A stretch of 64,000 nucleotides of DNA from Owenia fusiformis (lineage: Eukaryota), in assembly GCA_903813345.2 (NCBI GenBank), contig CAIIXF020000001.1, positions 21,576,001 through 21,640,000 on the forward strand. Direction: 5' to 3'. Both the position numbers and the translations under genes were made by a program. Positions within the stretch are counted from its first letter, which is position 1; the number at the start of each line of letters is the position of its first letter. The notes below the pieces were generated by a model. It searched no databases. It was not told the origin of the DNA and worked only from the letters and a program-made list of their open reading frames with translations. This document shows positions 23,655-36,700 of the stretch, piece by piece.

Positions 23655-25949
23655 TTATCCAATAAGTTCTTGTAGAACTTCATTGTCACCATCATTGCTC
23701 TGGTATAAATACTGGCTATCTTCATCTCCCTGGTATCTTGGGTCACCGAGAGCATCTTTCATCTTCCTCCAGAACAATAGCTTCCTGTCCTCATCCTCAC
23801 TCCACTCCAGGTACACCCGAGTCTCAAGTAGTGAACGTAGAGTTGGTGTGATCAGCTCTGGGGGTAGGACATCCACAGGCTCTTTTAGTATCAATATCAA
23901 ACAGTCTCGCCCCCTGGTAGCAAGCTCACCTCTAGCAAGGTTCATTTCAAATGTGCACCAACCACTTCGGAGAAAATTATGGCTAATAATCAGAATTATC
24001 TTGTTGCTTTTGCTGATGCTTTCAATGATAATGTCAGCAATGTAAGCACCTGGCATAAAGTTGCGGTCATCTATGCATATATTATAGTTGTATTTATCTG
24101 CTAGATGTGCATATATGTTGGTCAGTGCCCAGTTTTTGTCCAGAGAGCTGTAACTCATAAATCCATCAAAGTCAAACTGAAAATCAACCTGTTGATGACG
24201 TCTGAGTAATGCCCTTATCAGAAGGGCTAGATAGTGTATTTTGTATCTACGCCTGTAGATACAGATAACAAGCACACTGCCTAGTACAACAAGTCCAAAA
24301 GATACCACAGGTGGAATTATCATAGCCTTCCAGCAATCCCATTTCATCCCAGGTAACAAAATGTCATTGATTGCCACCTCTGAGCCATTGATGTGAATAC
24401 ATGTTACTTCTTGCCATTTGTAGATGTTATCACTGTGTGTCTGTGTCCAGTCTATAAACTTGAAAGAATCACAGTTACAGATCAAAGGATTATGTCTGAT
24501 GTCTATTGTCAAATTCGTTCTTGATGTTCTTATTAGTTCATCAATTTCCTTTCTTTTGTTCTCTTCAATAGCATTTAAATGATTGTTTGATATATTGAGC
24601 AGTCTCATTGATTTAAGCTGTTCCAGTAATATTGTGATCTGTTTCATTTTGTTACCACTTAAGTTGAGAATTTCAAGTCCTGTTGTGTCAACAAATGCCT
24701 TTGCATCAATATCTGTAATATCATTGTATGACACATCAATTAGTTGCAGTTGGGAACAGTTTCTGAAGATGGTGGAAGAAGAATTGGAGGAATGGAGTAT
24801 TGCTCTGTTGTTGGCCAAGTCAAGATATTGTAGTCTTTCAAAGTATCCAGTCTCACATGTGAAGAATTCAGGTGCAATTATGCAGTCATTATCACTATAT
24901 ACAAGTCTTTCCAAATTAACCAGTCCTTTCAGTGCACCACCTATATAAGTGGTGATAAAACTGGCAGAGGCTTCAATGATCTTGATGTTATTGTTTCGTT
25001 GAAACCTTATTCCATATGGTAAATGACAAGGGGCATAATCCACATTGGTCTCTCTCAGATGTATCTCAATGAGGCCCACAGGAAGAGCCCATTCGTTTTC
25101 ACTCATTCTTTTTGAAAATGGGACATATGGATTGTTTTTTTGGAATGAACCATGCCTGTTGCCTTCTATTTTCACAACCTTCAGATGTATCATAAAGTAT
25201 ATTTCCAAAAGCACACCCCTGGTCACTGGAAGTACCCCTCTTATTATATTCTTTGACAAATCTATTGTTTCTAAATAGGGCACATATTTGGAAATCCCTG
25301 GTTCAATTGCAAATATTCCATTTTCTGTTAAAACCAGGTTTTTCAAATGGCAGTGTTTGAAATATTGCAAATGTTTCTTCTCAAGCATAAAAGGCATGAG
25401 TGTTATATAGTTATATATGATAGTTTCAATTGTAGAATTTTGTAGACCTTCAAATGCATTAAACAAAGCTATTTTAGCATCAAGTTTTGATTCATCCCCG
25501 TGCCAGTTCACATGGATGGTGCGAATATTTTTTAATGGCTTATAAACAAGTTTGTGAAAAGACTCTGGTTTAAAAGGATTTTTACCTATCATAAGATACT
25601 GCAGATGTACAAGTCCACTAAATGTACGGTTTCCAAAAATAGCTATTTTGTTCAGATCAATGTCCAACACTTCCAAGTTCTGATATAGTTGTCCTAACAA
25701 CCCATCAGGCAAATGCGTTATGCAATTATTATATAGTCGAAGGATTGTTATATCTCTTGGTAACTCTTGTGGCAATAACTCAAGATTTCTAGATGAGCAA
25801 TCGGCAGTGAGGCCAACACAGTCACACACATTACAGCTGCTTTTGTGTTTTGTCTCCAATGCATTTCTAGAAGCAGATGTTAAATTTCCATTGACAGGTA
25901 CGAAAAGACATGTCAGAAGAAACACTATTTTCAGGTTGTAGGAAGGCAT
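23655..25949 (-). CDS. Toll-like receptor, 764 aa, single coding exon, single-cysteine-cluster type (copy 2, intact)
   Basis: Signal peptide, LRRNT (CxxCxC), LRRs, LRRCT, TM, full TIR (FDGFMSYS, DRNFMPG, SGWCTFE, YLEW, FW). Confidence 0.96.
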   Translation of the reverse strand: MPSYNLKIVFLLTCLFVPVNGNLTSASRNALETKHKSSCNVCDCVGLTADCSSRNLELLPQELPRDITILRLYNNCITHLPDGLLGQLYQNLEVLDIDLNKIAIFGNRTFSGLVHLQYLMIGKNPFKPESFHKLVYKPLKNIRTIHVNWHGDESKLDAKIALFNAFEGLQNSTIETIIYNYITLMPFMLEKKHLQYFKHCHLKNLVLTENGIFAIEPGISKYVPYLETIDLSKNIIRGVLPVTRGVLLEIYFMIHLKVVKIEGNRHGSFQKNNPYVPFSKRMSENEWALPVGLIEIHLRETNVDYAPCHLPYGIRFQRNNNIKIIEASASFITTYIGGALKGLVNLERLVYSDNDCIIAPEFFTCETGYFERLQYLDLANNRAILHSSNSSSTIFRNCSQLQLIDVSYNDITDIDAKAFVDTTGLEILNLSGNKMKQITILLEQLKSMRLLNISNNHLNAIEENKRKEIDELIRTSRTNLTIDIRHNPLICNCDSFKFIDWTQTHSDNIYKWQEVTCIHINGSEVAINDILLPGMKWDCWKAMIIPPVVSFGLVVLGSVLVICIYRRRYKIHYLALLIRALLRRHQQVDFQFDFDGFMSYSSLDKNWALTNIYAHLADKYNYNICIDDRNFMPGAYIADIIIESISKSNKIILIISHNFLRSGWCTFEMNLARGELATRGRDCLILILKEPVDVLPPELITPTLRSLLETRVYLEWSEDEDRKLLFWRKMKDALGDPRYQGDEDSQYLYQSNDGDNEVLQELIG

Positions 25950-26638
25950 TGTTCCAATATTCCACTTTACTTCTTGATATGAATATTACGCTGGCCTCTG
26001 TTCGATCTAGATACAATCTGATGTTGGAACCAAATTAAATGGAAATGTGCCAATATATAAAAATGCAAAGAAGTATAGAAATGATTTTATTTATTAACAA
26101 TTTATCTTCCTGACTTTTAAAGTATAATATATGAAACAATTGGGGTTAAATAAATCAACTTCAAGATACAAACTTGGTTGTGTTTGATATATACTTACCA
26201 TATATTACATTGATTATAACATAAAATCATGAAATTTTATTTCCTAGTCGATTGATATTTTATTGCATATTCAATACAATAACATAGTTCAACATGTACA
26301 GCTTTCATCATGTTCATTTACATCATTGTAATACATAAATAATTTAGCTATTATATCTAAATATATCTTTATATTCCTTAACCTATAATAGGGGTCAAGT
26401 AATGATCACAAAGACACTTTCACCTTTTTTTCTCAAAAGAAAATTGAAAATACATTTGGTAGGTGTTAAAGATATTCTGGATCTTGTTGTTTTTAAAATG
26501 ATTAAAATTGGAATTGTGCAGAAAGGGTAGCACCCTAAATAGCATTAATGGTTTTCTCCTAACCATGTCACATTAGTTCGAAATGTGTCATCTGAATATT
26601 GCGAGCTTCATCATCTGATTTCTAAAAGGTTTACAAGT

Positions 26639-26834
26639 CATGGGCGTAGCGCCCGGTACGCTGGGTACGCACAGGCGTACCAGATGGTTGCAAATTCGCT
26701 CCAAATACAACCATATTTCAAAATTTTCCTGGGGGAGAACCCCCAGACCCCCCTTAATGCTGGCTTTTTTATTCACTCAACTCTTGTTCCTGTGGTGGTG
26801 GCGTACTACTTAGGAAAATAGCGCTACGCCCATG
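26639..26834. mobile_element. 196-bp GC-rich MITE with 5-bp TSD (hAT5-like)
   Basis: TIR catgggcgtagcgc / gcgctacgcccatg; CAAGT on both sides. Confidence 0.85.
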
Positions 26835-27076
26835 CAAGTACCAATTGAACAATGTTGTCATCATAAATCTGAATTAAGGAACAAGGACAATGAATCTTTA
26901 AATTATGGACAAATCATTTAAAATGATCTCATGTTATCCTGATCCAAGCTTGTTCAGCCTTTTTTTTATTATATTTAAACAATCTTTTCAGGCACTGGAT
27001 ATAAAAACAATAAATCAAAGAATCTGAAGTTCCCTTTTCCCTTTTTAAAACACGTTCAATCATTAATATATTTTAT

Positions 27077-27660
27077 TAGGGATGTCCAAAAAAGTGGAAC
27101 ATTTTTTAATCATATGTATAAAATTAATTTTTTTCAATGAAATATGCCATGTTGATCAGTATACACATTTTTAGAAATGGTTAAGTGAAAAACACTTATG
27201 TTGAAAGTAAGGAAGAACTAAATAATTAAATATCTTAAAGGACGAGGAAGAAGGAACATGTCAAGAGTGACCGATTACATCATCCACAAAGCTGATAAAC
27301 AACAAATTCGTGATTTCTGCTTATCAAAAGCCCCACTCCAAGAACACAATATCATTGGTGTTGTTAGAAACAGATTCTTTCAAAACAAAAGTTAAAGTTG
27401 AAGCTTACCATTAAGATAGCTTGAAGGAAAAGCAACAAATGGCCAAATGAAAGAACTGTCAAAAATGGAGGTCAGAATTTGAATTTGTCATTAAGAAGAA
27501 AGGCCATATCACTGGCTTGCTGAACTTATTAACATGATATGGTGCATCTATAAACTTTATAGCTTGGTGTAGATTTGAATGAACTTTGCTCAGTAAAATT
27601 TGGTTGAGAAATTAATTTTCTACACATGACTTAGTAATGTTCCACTTTTGGACCACTCTG
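27077..27660. mobile_element. Degenerate Tc1/mariner-like MITE
   Basis: gtccaaaaaagtggaacatt ... aatgttccacttttggaccactctg|ta. Confidence 0.55.
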
Positions 27661-29012
27661 TAATATACAAACTGAACATTTATGTTTCTACACTGCATAG
27701 TTTGCTATAATCAACAGTATCCATTTGAGATTAACAGGATTATCTCTTTTACAATATTTGCATATTTATTTGAGAAACAATTTTTCACAGATGACCTTTT
27801 ATTTAATAACCTCCAACAAGAGAATCCTCGTCTTGAGGAATAATTGGCAACATGACATCACAATGGTAGATTTTCCTCAAACTACAATCCTACATTGTCA
27901 TAAATACTCATCTCAAATAATAAATAAATAAAACTGATATACTGTACTGATTAAAACAATATGAGTTTGAACTGGACTTGTTCTTTACACTGAAATACAT
28001 GTACATTTAACTTTCAATAATGCCTCTGAGGTTTTATTTGTGCAAATGTTCACTGACCACTGACATCTTAACCATAGCCTGTTATCTTAAGCATACAAGT
28101 TACATGAATAAATAAAAACAATGGTAGCAAATTAACATTTTCATTGCATTTCTTAGGTAAATTGTCATTTGGTAATTGTAACATTGACACCAAAAACAAT
28201 TGTTATATCAATGCACAAAGACATAACTTACGTGCCCCCGATTTTTGTAAGTTGATCAGACACAGACAATTGTGCAGGCAGACACTAGGCGTGAAAATTA
28301 ACTGGTAACATTCTTTTTTTGGCTTAACTGACATGAGAAAACCCTGTCTGGATTCTAGTTTATAGAACGTTTCAATTCATAAATTATACTAATACTTAGA
28401 TGAAAGATAATAAAATAAATACTTTGATGTTTTATATTGCACTAGCAGCTGAACTGAAGCATTTGAAAGTTTTTTTAAGTTTTAAGTAATCTGAGCCTTT
28501 GGTTCTCAGTTAAGTAAAATGACCTGAACAAATTGGTACTTTTCAATAATGAATTTTATTAAGAATTTATGAATCCATTAAGAAAAAATATGACACTGTC
28601 GAGACATAAATATGTCCCGTTTTAAAATACAATATTTTCCTTTCCTTTATACATTTATACAATTAATTATTAAATCTAGTGTCAAACATACATGTTTATC
28701 TCTCAATCCTTGTTTCAATACTTTTATTGGGTATTTCTAGACCCTTTTAGATGCTTCTTTTAGATTAAGTATATTATATTTATGTTAAGGTGGACCAAGT
28801 TGGATAACTTTAGAACCTGTTTGGTTATGCTGACCATAAGCAAGTTGATTGCTTCTGTCTACCTTAACATGCTCTCAAAGCAATGCTTTATACATTGTAA
28901 TGTTATATGAAAATATTGTAAACTGCATGTGTAGACTAATAGTGTCCTAAACGGGTGTATATATATTTTAACAGCCTGATCCATGGTCTGTACCTTATAT
29001 TGAAAATATTAT

Positions 29013-29155
29013 TAATACCATGGTCACATTTGCTCTGATTTTCAGTACTGGCGCCTGAGCGATGAGTAATTTTTAAAGGTGCATTCAGTTTTGAACAAAA
29101 TACTCACCAAACAGGTGTCGGTGTTAAAGATAGGGCAAATGTGACCACGGCATTA
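29013..29155. repeat. ~140-bp imperfect palindrome (hairpin element)
   Basis: taataccatggtcacatttgctct ... agggcaaatgtgaccacggcatta. Confidence 0.7.
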
Positions 29156-30625
29156 CTCGCTATAGTGTATTTTATTATTGTATGATGTATGAGTGTCCTA
29201 CACACGTACATATATTTCCCTGTCCTAGTCTACACCTGAGCTGAACATATAGTCTGGTTTGTATTGGCATCTACATCTACAAGAGCTAAACTTGACCTAG
29301 ATGATCCTTTGATCTAGCTTATATCCGAGTGTGTAGTCAGAAATCATGACACATTTTTATACCTAGAAGAATCTAACATTCATTTCACATTCTAAATTCC
29401 ATGAAAGTTACCTTGAGATCATTTACACCTTGTCAGCTTCTAAAGTGTAAGATGATCTATAATTTTCAGAGGATGGCATGGTTTACTGAATTGGGATTCA
29501 GGATAGCATATACCTGAGCCTGATGTGGATGACCTATAAGTTGCATAAGCTAACCATTTACAAGAATCAAGACAATGAAATTAGCCATATGATTACAACT
29601 AAATCAGAACCTGTATGCTAATGGCTTATAAGAACTTCAGTCTATTTTGAATAAAGAAGCTACTGTACCATTCTCTGAGCAGATTCATTTAATAGTACCT
29701 TCCTTCTTCCTCTCTGCATACATTTGATTCTGTTTTACTTAAAATCTTAAGATTTGACAAAATTAAGTGATGAAATGTTTGACAATCATTGATTTCCTGC
29801 TGGAATCAAGTGCCTGCAGAGCTACTCAGTTGACATGCAGATGTAAGCACAATGGCTCATACAAAACTCCATTAACATGATTAATGATGTTCCTAAAGAC
29901 AGTCTCAAGTAATCCCAAGGGTTTAATATGATTTCACAAATTGTTCCACTAGTCATTCAGATCAGGGATGTTGACACGGAAGTAGTTTGTATAATCATAA
30001 TCTAAACAAGTAGCAGAGGAATGGTATTGCAGAAACTCCAGTGGGGGTTAACACCGAAGAACATGAGACAGTCTCATCCAATAATCCATATGGTCCATGT
30101 TGTTAGGTCTGGTCCAAATGGGTTGAATTAATGGCTAGCCAACTGGACATTACCAAGATACAGCCTCACTTGCTAGTACAGGAAAACATAAATCACTTGT
30201 CACCATCTAGTTAAAATAACGGGCCATTCCTATAACAGCGTGATGGAGCTCCGTCATAATTTATTTCATCATTTGCACTTGAAGTTGATGTAACTATATT
30301 TGGTTAAAAGATAAATGGTGATGATTGGGTTGAAATATACTTTGAAGTTTGCGATAACATGGTTTTATGTTGTTTGAGTAGGAAAAGTTGGTACTTGACT
30401 ATGGTTCATTATGGCATTCTAACTACTTTCTCTCAAATCCTGATTTAAAGCATGAAGAGATTCCATGGAGAATATATTTGTTTATTCCATTTAATTCCCC
30501 ATTCTGTATTTCACATTGACACCATATTTCACTTCATGAGCCAATCAAACCAGCTGATTGCATAATACAGAGATATTCTGGGATTGAGAGACCTCCTTTG
30601 ACTAATTGGGTATTTTAAAATGCTC

Positions 30626-30728
30626 CTAGAATATATCAGGTAAATTGTCATCATTTCTGTCCCAGTATTTATCTGTGAAAAACCAGTCCTCCTTTCCAGT
30701 TTGTGGGTGAATTCTATTTTCAAACCAC
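30626..30728 (-). CDS. OSBPL1A: ORP1-like last coding exon [33 protein letters not shown]
   Basis: ttttcag acceptor; TAG at 30626-30628. Confidence 0.92.
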
Positions 30729-33700
30729 CTGAAAAGACAATTAAAAATAAGATATATTTATGTGACAAACACTACATACCAAGGCATTCATTATCACTTC
30801 TGCTTATCACACAGTGTATCAACATGAATTTTCAACAGTCCTATGCATGGGAATAATGTAAGCTTTTGACTTTAACAATTTGTTTTAAACAATAATGTTG
30901 CCCCAATATACTCAACTAACATGTGTACTAAACATAAGTATGTAAGTGCTTAATTAGTTGTAACTTTATTCATTTGACTCTCCGATTTAAACCTGAAATG
31001 GCATTTAGGTACAGGATGAGAGGGCTATATTGTTCAACATTACCTTGGTGTCCATTCTTCCTTTAATCGTTTCCTTTCTTTCCTTGCAGCTCTCTGTTTC
31101 TCTTCTAGGCGCACCTTTTCCTCTGCAGCTAAGTCTACAAAATATTAATTTCTGAATATATGGTCAACTGTAGAGACTTAAAAACTTGAAGCACTATGAA
31201 TTGATGTACAGTGGAAAATTTTTGTGACAAAATTTCGAGAAGAATATATTTTGATGAAATAATTAAAAACTACCAGGCCAAGTGAAAAACATACATGATA
31301 GAATAGTGTCTTAGCAACTAATATATAATATACAATTCTCTTTGAGATCTACACTGCCTGAAGAACATTCAAACATATTTTTTCCAATATGGAAAACATC
31401 TCAAGTCATCGTAAGTTTATGCTGACCTATATTGCCATCTTCTAGTAGTCTGATGTCAGGCCGCAATCTAGAGTCTGTGTGAGGTAAATGCTGGCGTATG
31501 TCACTTGTTAGCTCATTCAACATCATTGCAAACAGCGTAAAACTGTAATACTGAAAGCAGAATGGTAAAATTAAAATTGTACATTGTGTAAATTAACCTA
31601 TATTTTATTGAGATAAAACAGAATGTTCTGATTTTGTCATATTATTTTACCTCTGATAAGAGAAAATAATTAGAAATAATGAAAAATCGATAATCGCATT
31701 ACTGTTCTCCTTATCACAGATGGATAATGTATATTTTTATTATTTAAAGTGTTTGAGAGTATTTTCTTACATAGTTAAGGACATGATCAATATCAATTTA
31801 ATTTATTGGGAGTACACTGATATTTTAACATTGACAGTACGTCAGTTTGAACTCACTTTCTCTGAGCTGGGTGGTCTAGGGTCTGCTTGCCAAAGCAATG
31901 ACTGGCCAGGAATCTGGAGATCAAACGTGGAACCAATACTGGGGATATCATCGTCTATATCACTGTCATTCAAGGACAGGCGTGACTCCCCTTGTTGGCA
32001 ATCCTTAAACTCACCTGAACCATTCTGTAAATACAAAACAGAAACAAATGACAGAGTGCTCATAAACAGGTGATGCTGAAATTTTGAACTGAAATTGTAA
32101 AACTTGTCCCTATTAGTAGTATATTTTCCTTTTCCTAATAAGGATTTGTCTTCCAATTTAAAATGCCTTGCCTAATTTTGGATACTGACTAAGCCCCTAG
32201 ACTGTCAAGATCAACTCTACCATCTCAAGAGACTACATTTTATATATAAAATCTGAATTCACATCTTTGTTAGATGAAAGCTATACATATATGATCATTG
32301 AGATCTTTGTATTAGCATCAAAGCTGAAACAATATCTGTAAAGAAGTGGAGGTTACTATGGGAACAACAAATCAAACAAATGGCTTAAAATGGCACAAAC
32401 TGTACAAGTAAATCAATTTTTTAATCGTAAGGCAAGAGATTGAGCAATAACAAGAGCAAAACACTACTTACATTACTATTTGACGGATTTGACCTTGGTC
32501 TGGAAAGTTTAAGTTTGGGGACTGGTATGTGTTTTGTAGGAGCATTCTGTAATGCATTTTCATACTCTTTCACTTCACAGCTGATAAGACTTTCTACCCA
32601 TTTACCATAGAGGGCCTTTAGTTTGTTCTTGCTGAAAGTGAAATACATTGTACATGCATTTACAAATGTAAATATTGAAATCTGAAATGGAAATACATAC
32701 AGTATATTGCAATTTGTGTTAATATCAAGTAGCTTACTTCAAATTATCTTCAAATATATGATAATCAAATTTCAAGGTTTTTACAATATTCATTTTTTAT
32801 ATTTTATAAGTAACGTTTGCTTACTCTTTATCATAAATAAATCCCTCTATTTTGTGTAAGTCCTTTCCGAACCAGCCTCCCTGCTTAAAATTGAGTACTG
32901 ACTTCATCCCATTGCTGTGGTTCTGGATCTCCATAACACCATGCTGAAATATACATACATCTTATACACCTGTCATAAGGGGGTTGGTTAAATATTGATA
33001 TATTTTCATTAAAATCAATTATACATTAGAGGGTAGTGTTAGAAAAAACATTGAAAATTTAGTGAGTTTTGTTCAATAATTTCTTTATTTTGATCAGCAT
33101 ATGTATGCATATGTTTTTTTAAATGTTGCACATTTTTACAAACCATATAAGGTTGTATTAAAAGATATGCAGTGAAACCTGTATAACACCTCTAGAAGTG
33201 GAACACCTCTGTTAGTGGAACACTTTTCAGAATCCCAAGACCAACTGACTTAATGTTAAATGAACCTCTATTAAAATGGAACACCTCCTAAGTGGAACAC
33301 TTTTAAGAGTCCCAAGACCAACTGATTTCATGTTAAATGAACCTCCACAGGTAGAACACCTCTCAAGTGGAACACTTTCTAGAGGTACCCAAGATGTTCC
33401 ATTTAGACAGGTTTTACTGTAGATCTATTAGGAAATATTTAGAGGTTATGTCACTATCGTGGCATATATGCCCGAGGTCTCAGTGATATATGGCCCGACC
33501 TTGGGAGGGACATTGATCTCTGAGAACCGAGGGCATATGTGCCACGATAGTGACATAAACGATTTATAACATACCTATAATGATGTAGACTGGTCAGAGA
33601 GTACCGTTTTCTTATAGAATTGACAAACAAATGGTTTGAAAATGATTGAAATGAGGTTAGAAAAATTGCTCGCACAGTTTTATCTTCGATTGATTGGTTA

Positions 33701-36700
33701 TGACGTCAGCACCTTGACCAATCAGAAAGTTAGCGGGCGCGGGCTTTTCAAAACTTATATTGGCCCGCTGTCTTGTGTACACTTTGCACTATACATCATC
33801 ATAGGTATGTTACAAATTTGGTTACTAGTCTTGCTTCAAGCCCTTCTTACCCATTCCCCTACATACCTCACCTCAACAAGAGGCAAAGTAGTTGGTGGTG
33901 GGAGGTAGGAGAGACTTGATGCAACACTATATTATTGGCTACATACATGTTCAATCCATAGTTTTCCTACGATGATATTGTGTATACTGCAATTGATGTT
34001 AGACCAGGTGTATGTTTCATTGTATCTGAAATAATGAAAAAACAACATTTAATATAATTTGAAAAGTACTTAAAAGGAAGTAAAATGAACAAAAAAGGTA
34101 AAATATTGGAATCAATCTTTCCAGAAAGAACCTCTTAAGATTTTTCAAATTAAGATGAGGTAAAAAAGATAATAGATTTGAATCTAATAAAACTTATTGA
34201 ATACTGTAAAATCTGCGATTGAATATAGTTCCATTGTTTTTCCTGAGTAACTGCTAATGTAAATACTTGTTCAAAACAAATGTTTTTAAAAAATCAAAAT
34301 AGCCGACCACAGGTTCAAATTCAGTAAAAAGGTTAAGACTGCTATGAGTTTAAACTCCAGTTTATCATAAGGTCTTACTGCCGGTCTTTGCGCATTATAT
34401 GTTATAATATAACTCCTTATCTGTCACATTAGCCATGTGGACTCATCGCTAATTTTGGACAATAAATTTTTAATTAATCAATTTATTTTTGTATTTGATG
34501 TGATGGGGGATATCATGCTGTAAAACTATTTTTGCCCACTGTGTATCCATGCCATGCCCGCCATCTGCCCCAAAGTATTCACACGGTGTTCACACGGTGG
34601 CGAACAGTGAACCCATGCAGCCTAAGTGTGACAGCTCCATTATATATTAAACAGTATTTCAGTACTTACTTTAATAACTGCAATGTGATGACTCCTTTGG
34701 GGACACACTCAACAGTTTTTCCCCAGAACTTCAGTTTTGGATGAATTGAGCCGCTGAACTTGTAGAAGGGAGATTCAACATGGAAAGCACTAATTGGTGG
34801 GTGGTGACTAACTTGTTCACATACTATCTTGAACCCGAGGTCCTCCCTATAATAACACAGATGAGAGTTATATACTGAGAGGTATTGGATATGGATCTTA
34901 TATAGAGATATATATATAGAGACCAAGGGTAGAAAGAAATAAGATAAATGATATATTCTACATGTACACTAATCTATTTATGAGATTTATGTAATGGGAG
35001 ATATAGGGTTTATCCCACAGAAAAGATATATATTTATTTTACATATATGTATGTCTTGACTGATAAACCCATCCACAACTAACCATTATATAACTGATTT
35101 ATCCCATGCTTTTGAAAATGATGATTTGCCATGCCTGATACATGTTTTAGAATTTTACATTCTATATTTATCTCCATGAAACATGTGGTAACTTAATATG
35201 GAATAAACTGGTTTTATATGTATCTGTACCTGGTTAATTCATAAGTCTCCCCTAGCAGAGGGTTGAATGGTTTGCCCACCCTGTCCCAATTACTGGCTGA
35301 GGCAGATGCAGCAAATGCAGACACATACTGGAAATAAAAGAACAATGAAAGTTTTATTTTGAATATTTCATTACATTTTGTTTCTCAATGTATGTAAAGA
35401 GGGTGCCTAAGTTGTAAGCCAAAGAAATCATCGTATATGGCATTTTGGTATCTAAAAGTGTGACATAATTATGACTTATTCACAAAAATTTGCACATCCA
35501 AAAATCTGTTTCATAAACAAGAGCATCCTCCTAAGCAGGTGTCCAGAATCTGTACCTCCTATTTCCCCCCTGCAATAACCAATTTTGAAGCACCTGATTA
35601 AACTGAATCACGTGATCTAATTATGCGCCAATGATGTATACATGATTGCTGGCACAGTGTTGAGAAAGCAAATCAAATTGCGAGTTCTTAATCAGGGAAA
35701 TACTAACTGCTTATCGCAGGGGGTAAAAAGAAAAAAGTATTCTGGATTTTGAAGCTCTGTGAACGGAGGATGAAACAAGAGTGTAATCTTGCTTCAAGAC
35801 CCTGGACTTAACAACTGTTGTTGAAACAGATAGGGGGGGGGAGAGTCAAGACTTACAAGGGTCGACCATTTCAAACGGAATAAATGATTACATTTAGCAT
35901 CTCGTGAGAAACTGTTGAGAACCTTCCTCCAAAATTTTGAACCAAAGAACTCAAAACAAGAAACCACAAAATCAGCAATATTTAGACCAAATATTCATCA
36001 TATATTTCCAATAGTTGCATGACTACAGATGCTAAGGCTTAAACAACACCATTTACTTTAATTGCGTCTTATTCTATTAGCCAACAAATCAGCTCAGCTT
36101 ATTCTGGCTCATTTCATTTAGCAAACAAATACCATTTGACCGATTTGGCCAATGGTTATCACAGGACTTCCTGTGTTTGCGGAAGCTGAGAAATTGCCAG
36201 ATTGCCTTTTCCTTTCAAAGTCCAATCAACTTGATAACAAATAGATAAAACATTTGTATTAATGTAGCACCAAGGCCAACCGCAGATAGCAATTTATAAA
36301 AGATTCATTTAGATGTAAACAGGCAAAGAAACAAACAAATGCATTAACAAACAAACAGACAAACAAACAAGAAGTATTTAATAAAGTCAGTGCATATTGC
36401 CAAGGCGAGAAAACACTGCCACATATTACAGAATATTAGCTATAGAAACCTCTGATATAGTTCATGTTGAGGTATTTGTTAATCTTGATCGATAAATGAC
36501 AAATGGATTTTGTGGGCCAGGAAATCAATCTTTCTCAATATATTTTGGTATCCATTGTAACCGTTTCCCTTAGGCAAAAACATCAAGAATTCAAGAATGT
36601 TTGATTAGTGTAATACTGATAAAAAATCTTGAATTAACAATGCACTCGTCCTCATCAAAATCCCTACTTCAGCAAACAGAAAAATATCATAAAAAAGAAA

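Noticed and set aside
17934..25941. Plus-strand ORFs overlapping the TLRs and LINE
   Set aside because: Antisense shadows of real coding frames with no independent motifs
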